Positions 27,696-32,000 of a DNA stretch of 32,000 bases are shown piece after piece. The DNA is from Candidatus Saccharimonadota bacterium (GTDB taxonomy: Bacteria > Patescibacteriota > Microgenomatia > UBA1406 > GWC2-37-13). Position numbers and translations under genes: made by a program. The notes under the pieces were generated by a model. It was given only the letters and a program-made list of their open reading frames with translations. It was not told the origin of the DNA and ran no database searches. Each line of letters opens with the position of its first letter. The stretch's first letter is position 1. The DNA lies in contig CP065004.1 in the NCBI GenBank assembly GCA_016700135.1, positions 750,001 through 782,000 on the forward strand, given 5' to 3'.

Positions 27696-28376
27696 CTACC
27701 GCACGACCAGAGGCAAGAACTCGTTCATGAATCCGTAAACGGTGTACCAGCCCGGAGGCATGGTACGATTGCTGTCCGTGCGCTCGATCACGATCCCGTC
27801 GCCGACGGCCTTGTAGCCGTTGGGCAAAGTACTAGGTTCTAAAACTTCCACCTGGTAACCCATGGGAGGGTCGACCAGGCCATGGTAGTTCCAGCCGAGG
27901 TACTCAGCCCAATCCTTGACCGGGGCATATTGCCCGGGCTGCGGAATCGGGGTCTCGCTCGGTTCAGCGGTGGGGGACGGGGTAGCGCTCGGGCTGGGCA
28001 TCGGGGTGCTCGTGGCGCCGCCTGTGCGGCATTGCCATGGCATCCAGATACTAGCCGCAAAAAACATTACTTCAGTTTCCCCATTACCGGTCAGAGACTG
28101 CATAGGGTCGCCGTATTGAACGACGTAATCCTGCGGCACTACCCAAGAAATCGGGTTGTTGCCGTCGTAAATCACGCGCCAGCCGGCGGGGTCGGTGTGT
28201 TGGTCATCGAACAGGTCGAACTTGACCCGGGAACTGTAAGTCCCCAAGTCCTGAACGAGGCTGTCGGTGTCCAGACAAGTCACGGTGCTTTGCGCCTGAA
28301 CGGGCGCGAAAGCGAGAACGCTGGCCACGATGGCCGCCAGAACGAGTGAAACAACTGCCAGATGTAGCTTGTTCAT
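27696..28376 (-). CDS. Secreted protein of unknown function, GC-rich (foreign composition)
   Basis: Signal peptide MNKLHLAVVSLVLAAIVASVLAFAPVQA|Q, a central Pro/Ser/Thr linker, and GAGAGGAAA (SD) 8-9 nt upstream of the ATG. Hand counts give 37/60 and 46/60 G+C in two lines, against about 24/60 in native genes. Confidence 0.75.
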   Translation of the reverse strand: MNKLHLAVVSLVLAAIVASVLAFAPVQAQSTVTCLDTDSLVQDLGTYSSRVKFDLFDDQHTDPAGWRVIYDGNNPISWVVPQDYVVQYGDPMQSLTGNGETEVMFFAASIWMPWQCRTGGATSTPMPSPSATPSPTAEPSETPIPQPGQYAPVKDWAEYLGWNYHGLVDPPMGYQVEVLEPSTLPNGYKAVGDGIVIERTDSNRTMPPGWYTVYGFMNEFLPLVVR

Positions 28377-28649
28377 GATAGATTTCCTCTCTTTGCTATA
28401 TGGTCAAGAACGATAGATTCTTATATGAAATGTCTTCGGGAGATTCCTGCTTCCCAAAGACAGATACTGCCAATCCTGGGATCAAATATATCAATCCCAT
28501 AATTGGCAGCAAATGGTTGAGAAACGGGGAATACTTCCCGGTATGTCTTATTGTAAATGTGCCGTTTTTATCGACTTTTACAAAGGGAAAAACCCAAAGA
28601 AATATCGTCTAAAACGTATCCTATAGTATAAATTATAAATGTGTGTTTG

Positions 28650-29732
28650 TCAAGGGGTTGTATGAGTTCCATACATATGGCACTCTTTAGGTAAAATAGA
28701 TAATAGGTAATCCATAGGTGAAATATTGTTCAGGCTTTTGTGAACTCGCTTTGTATTGTACCAGACGAGGTATTCAATAAGGTGACGATTGAATGATCCG
28801 ATACCGGTCCACTTGGTATAGATGTAGGGGTTCATAAATTCTTCCTGGAGTGTTCTGTTTGCTCGCTCAATAAAGGCATTGATCTTGGGACATCTGGGGT
28901 AGATAAAGAGGTGTGGGATATTGTTTTCTTCCAGATAGTCATGGAAGTTTCCCAGATACTCGAGGCCGTTATCTGTTTGTATGGTTTTTATACCATCTTG
29001 TATTGGGTATACTAGTTCCAGTCTTCTCATAAAATCAGCACCGTTTCGGCTGTTGAGTTTTGAGTATCCGTAGGAGAACTGGAATTTGAGTTTGATGTCC
29101 ACTGCATTGAAGACATACAGCTTGATTCCGTGTACAAACTTCGTGATGGTATCAATCTCAATGTATCCGGTATCTTCCACCTTGGGAGACCGCTTGACCT
29201 TCTGTCGGTACTTTACTTTCCGTTTTGCAAAGCCACTTGCTGGATTGTGATAGATCCGGTAGGTCTTGCGCTGCAGGTTGTGTCTTTTGATCACTTTTCC
29301 AATGGTTGACTCAGATATAGTTGAAATTCCTTCCTGTAGGCAATACTCATCAAGTAAGGGCTTGATCTTCTCCTTTCCCAAACAAAAGTATTGTTCTCGA
29401 ATCTCTTTGATAAAGGATATGACCTTCGGGTGAGTCTCCATACGTCGGGGTGTCTTTGGCTTGGTTGTCTCTGGTATCAGGCTATCCAACTGCCCTTCTG
29501 AATCTCGCCGTCTCTTCCTCCATCGAAACAATGTCCTTCGTGATATCCCATATGCATCAACTGCAGCTTGTATCCCGTACTTCTCTGCAAATGTCAGAAC
29601 ATCGTTTCTGATTTGTGCTACATCTGACTGATTGTAGTCTGATAGAGATCGTATCTTTTTCATAAGATCTCTATTGTACTGCCAGTCATAACTCCTAATT
29701 ACTCGAAGCTGATCTCCTCCCCATTTACTCAT
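28650..29732 (-). CDS. DDE (rve/integrase-core) transposase, IS481-like
   Basis: 360 aa. It has an N-terminal HTH (ISRRTLFRWRKRRRD) and a catalytic core with IEIDTI (D), QTDNGLEY (D) and INAFIERANRTLQEEF (E). The C-terminal WYNTKRVHKSLNNISPMDYL is typical of rve transposases. Confidence 0.9.
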   Translation of the reverse strand: MSKWGGDQLRVIRSYDWQYNRDLMKKIRSLSDYNQSDVAQIRNDVLTFAEKYGIQAAVDAYGISRRTLFRWRKRRRDSEGQLDSLIPETTKPKTPRRMETHPKVISFIKEIREQYFCLGKEKIKPLLDEYCLQEGISTISESTIGKVIKRHNLQRKTYRIYHNPASGFAKRKVKYRQKVKRSPKVEDTGYIEIDTITKFVHGIKLYVFNAVDIKLKFQFSYGYSKLNSRNGADFMRRLELVYPIQDGIKTIQTDNGLEYLGNFHDYLEENNIPHLFIYPRCPKINAFIERANRTLQEEFMNPYIYTKWTGIGSFNRHLIEYLVWYNTKRVHKSLNNISPMDYLLSILPKECHMYGTHTTP

Positions 29733-29777
29733 AGATGTTAGTTCCCTATGAGTGCCATATCTTTCGTAACTTATTCA
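28658..29777 (-). mobile_element. IS481-family-like insertion sequence, copy 1 (1120 bp)
   Basis: Boundaries are defined by where identity with copy 2 begins and ends. The imperfect terminal inverted repeats are TGTATGAGTTCC-ATACATATGGCACTC and TGAATAAGTTACGAAAGATATGGCACTC (22 of 28 positions match), with TG...CA tips. A single DDE (rve) transposase ORF fills the element. GGGG flanks both sides. Confidence 0.85.
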
Positions 29778-29876
29778 GGGGGAGAATAGTATCCTATAAA
29801 ATAAAGCAGGTGACGAATAAGTGCAGTACAGCCTGGGATTCAAAAGAAAGAAGAACCTATAACAGAAATTGTGAAG

Positions 29877-29906
29877 AGAGGCGCTGTACAAGAGTACAGC
29901 GCCTCT
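29877..29906. terminator. Palindromic hairpin downstream of the IS-flanked lipoprotein gene
   Basis: AGAGGCGCTGTAC-aaga-GTACAGCGCCTCT forms a perfect 13-bp stem 28 nt beyond the stop codon at 29934. T-rich sequence follows on the plus strand. Confidence 0.6.
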
Positions 29907-29933
29907 TTGTGTGTCTTACTAAATTATCAGTTA

Positions 29934-30731
29934 TTATTCAAAACCAAGTTTAGAACGACAGTCATCTGTAAACGGCGGATAGATTGACCACACGGTACCT
30001 GCTTCCATATCTCGATCCGGTGCATCTCCTCGAATTGATGCTCCTTCTTCACCAAGAGCTTCCCAACCTTCTGGAAGGCGTGTCTGTTGCGTGGTTTTTA
30101 CTCGTAAACCACCATATTGTTGGTCGGCCCATCCTTGATTTTCTGCTCCAAGAACCTGCGCCATATCTTCAGGTGCTATACAACTTGTATCAAGCTGTTG
30201 TGGCCATTGTTTATCATCAATCTGCCAGTAGGTAGCACTTAGTGCAGTTACCGATCCTTCGGTTGCTCGATAGGTGTCATCACAGTCCTTGGGCATGTCA
30301 TTGACAAGAACAGGGTCACCAGAGGAATATTCTGCACCGCAGGACTCAGCATAGGAATCTACCGCTCCTCCTTCAGGAACGTGAAGCGTAAATGTTCCAG
30401 CATCACCTTCATTGGGGCCTGTGACGACAAAGCCGGCATACGCCGATTTATGATCACATGACGTTATTTGCGGCCGAATTCTTGTGCTGGGTACACCAGC
30501 GAGAACTGCTCCAAGAGCTTGAACTCCTTCGGTTGTCTGAGGGAATGTGGCTTGCAAGAACAAGCATTTTGCATCAGGATTGAGCAGATCTTCACCTGAA
30601 GTTGTATCTGTTGGTTTTCCAGCCTCATCGCCGGTCTTAATGAGATCGTTTAGATTCGGCTTGGCACAGGCACTACTTACAACAGCCAGAAGTGCAAGAC
30701 CCGCAATTCTCATCGCTACATTGCGATTCAT
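29934..30731 (-). CDS. Putative secreted protein or lipoprotein, Cys-rich, unknown function (cargo between the two IS copies)
   Basis: The ORF track extends to 30851, into the end of IS copy 2. The ATG at 30731 gives MNRNVAMRIAGLALLAVVSSAC|AKPN, a signal peptide with a lipobox-like SSAC. An alternative ATG lies at 30713. Confidence 0.65.
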   Translation of the reverse strand: MNRNVAMRIAGLALLAVVSSACAKPNLNDLIKTGDEAGKPTDTTSGEDLLNPDAKCLFLQATFPQTTEGVQALGAVLAGVPSTRIRPQITSCDHKSAYAGFVVTGPNEGDAGTFTLHVPEGGAVDSYAESCGAEYSSGDPVLVNDMPKDCDDTYRATEGSVTALSATYWQIDDKQWPQQLDTSCIAPEDMAQVLGAENQGWADQQYGGLRVKTTQQTRLPEGWEALGEEGASIRGDAPDRDMEAGTVWSIYPPFTDDCRSKLGFE

Positions 30732-30817
30732 CAGACGTTGAGGAGGACGTAGTATATCAATCATACTTATATAAGGACTTATAATTGAAGGTATTATACC
30801 ACATGAGGCTCTAAATA

Positions 30818-31900
30818 TCAATATATTGTATGAGTTCCATACATATGGCACTCTTTAGGTAAAATAGATAATAGGTAATCCATAGGTGAAATATTGTTCA
30901 GGCTTTTGTGAACTCGCTTTGTATTGTACCAGACGAGGTATTCAATAAGGTGACGATTGAATGATCCGATACCGGTCCACTTGGTATAGATGTAGGGGTT
31001 CATAAATTCTTCCTGGAGTGTTCTGTTTGCTCGCTCAATAAAGGCATTGATCTTGGGACATCTGGGGTAGATAAAGAGGTGTGGGATATTGTTTTCTTCC
31101 AGATAGTCATGGAAGTTTCCCAGATACTCGAGGCCGTTATCTGTTTGTATGGTTTTTATACCATCTTGTATTGGGTATACTAGTTCCAGTCTTCTCATAA
31201 AATCAGCACCGTTTCGGCTGTTGAGTTTTGAGTATCCGTAGGAGAACTGGAATTTGAGTTTGATGTCCACTGCATTGAAGACATACAGCTTGATTCCGTG
31301 TACAAACTTCGTGATGGTATCAATCTCAATGTATCCGGTATCTTCCACCTTGGGAGACCGCTTGACCTTCTGTCGGTACTTTACTTTCCGTTTTGCAAAG
31401 CCACTTGCTGGATTGTGATAGATCCGGTAGGTCTTGCGCTGCAGGTTGTGTCTTTTGATCACTTTTCCAATGGTTGACTCAGATATAGTTGAAATTCCTT
31501 CCTGTAGGCAATACTCATCAAGTAAGGGCTTGATCTTCTCCTTTCCCAAACAAAAGTATTGTTCTCGAATCTCTTTGATAAAGGATATGACCTTCGGGTG
31601 AGTCTCCATACGTCGGGGTGTCTTTGGCTTGGTTGTCTCTGGTATCAGGCTATCCAACTGCCCTTCTGAATCTCGCCGTCTCTTCCTCCATCGAAACAAT
31701 GTCCTTCGTGATATCCCATATGCATCAACTGCAGCTTGTATCCCGTACTTCTCTGCAAATGTCAGAACATCGTTTCTGATTTGTGCTACATCTGACTGAT
31801 TGTAGTCTGATAGAGATCGTATCTTTTTCATAAGATCTCTATTGTACTGCCAGTCATAACTCCTAATTACTCGAAGCTGATCTCCTCCCCATTTACTCAT
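30818..31900 (-). CDS. DDE (rve) transposase, IS481-like, copy 2
   Basis: Identical to the 28650..29732 product except for the last two residues (IY vs TP), which are encoded by flanking DNA. Confidence 0.9.
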   Translation of the reverse strand: MSKWGGDQLRVIRSYDWQYNRDLMKKIRSLSDYNQSDVAQIRNDVLTFAEKYGIQAAVDAYGISRRTLFRWRKRRRDSEGQLDSLIPETTKPKTPRRMETHPKVISFIKEIREQYFCLGKEKIKPLLDEYCLQEGISTISESTIGKVIKRHNLQRKTYRIYHNPASGFAKRKVKYRQKVKRSPKVEDTGYIEIDTITKFVHGIKLYVFNAVDIKLKFQFSYGYSKLNSRNGADFMRRLELVYPIQDGIKTIQTDNGLEYLGNFHDYLEENNIPHLFIYPRCPKINAFIERANRTLQEEFMNPYIYTKWTGIGSFNRHLIEYLVWYNTKRVHKSLNNISPMDYLLSILPKECHMYGTHTIY

Positions 31901-31945
31901 AGATGTTAGTTCCCTATGAGTGCCATATCTTTCGTAACTTATTCA
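30826..31945 (-). mobile_element. IS481-family-like insertion sequence, copy 2 (1120 bp), same orientation as copy 1
   Basis: It sits at an offset of exactly 2168 bp from copy 1. I saw no nucleotide differences in spot checks, and the transposase translations are identical over 358 aa. Confidence 0.85.
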
Positions 31946-32000
31946 CATACGGTGCATGAGAGAGCTATCTAAGGGAAGCATGTATCTGCCTGTATATCCC

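Noticed and set aside
27839-28349. ORFs 27839-28060(-), 27882-28349(+) and 27916-28119(+) inside the GC-rich gene
   Set aside because: High G+C suppresses stop codons in all frames. The translations are Arg/Gly/Ala/Pro-rich with no start signals, whereas the 226-aa frame has a signal peptide and an SD.
29735-29953. 72-aa plus-strand ORF that starts inside the right end of IS copy 1 and runs into the cargo segment
   Set aside because: It crosses the IS boundary and the terminator hairpin, and has no start context or recognisable features.
30732-30851. N-terminal 40-residue extension of the lipoprotein ORF reaching into IS copy 2
   Set aside because: The extension is encoded partly by the IS terminal repeat and precedes a well-formed signal peptide that starts at the ATG at 30731. 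An IS-created fusion start is possible but unnecessary.
1-32000. Search by eye for CRISPR arrays, tRNA or rRNA genes, a DGR-type template/variable repeat pair, and UGA recoding
   Set aside because: No regularly spaced direct repeats occur. Intergenic gaps are all under 300 bp and show no cloverleaf-like sequence. No reverse transcriptase gene is present. Long ORFs terminate normally at TGA (for example at 7325 and 15835), so the standard code fits.

Overview
Gene-dense, AT-rich bacterial chromosomal segment (about 40% G+C in hand-counted lines) that uses the standard genetic code. The gene content is a type IV pilin-like protein, a TM-less VirD4/TraD-like ATPase, a giant GT-C-like membrane protein, many small anchored or secreted low-complexity proteins, and mostly leaderless-looking starts. 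This fits a small-genome CPR/Patescibacteria-like organism, but that assignment is inference only. Core genes: GT2 glycosyltransferase, ychF, mgtE, a DUF368 membrane protein, an RND efflux permease with its membrane-fusion adaptor, a CPA2-type cation:proton antiporter, a YtxH-like protein, and a minus-strand glycosylation operon (GT2 -> GT4 -> 1264-aa GT-C-like protein) followed by the VirD4-like ATPase. Accessory or unusual content: (1) a GC-rich island of about 1.2 kb (14816-15995) carrying a 5'-truncated, inverted paralog of the neighbouring antiporter with its own terminator; (2) a second GC-rich gene (27696-28376) for a secreted protein; (3) two apparently identical 1120-bp IS481-like elements in direct orientation (28658-29777 and 30826-31945) bracketing a putative lipoprotein gene, like a composite transposon; (4) a repeated module of about 70-80 aa shared by the two secreted proteins; (5) a REP/MITE-like palindromic element between the RND genes, with a related arm embedded in-frame inside ychF; (6) two genes split by 1-nt homopolymer frameshifts; (7) a nucleoside-deoxyribosyltransferase/SLOG-like domain fused to a ribbon-helix-helix tail. 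I found no rRNA, tRNA or CRISPR array by eye. All family assignments come from motif recognition, not database searches.
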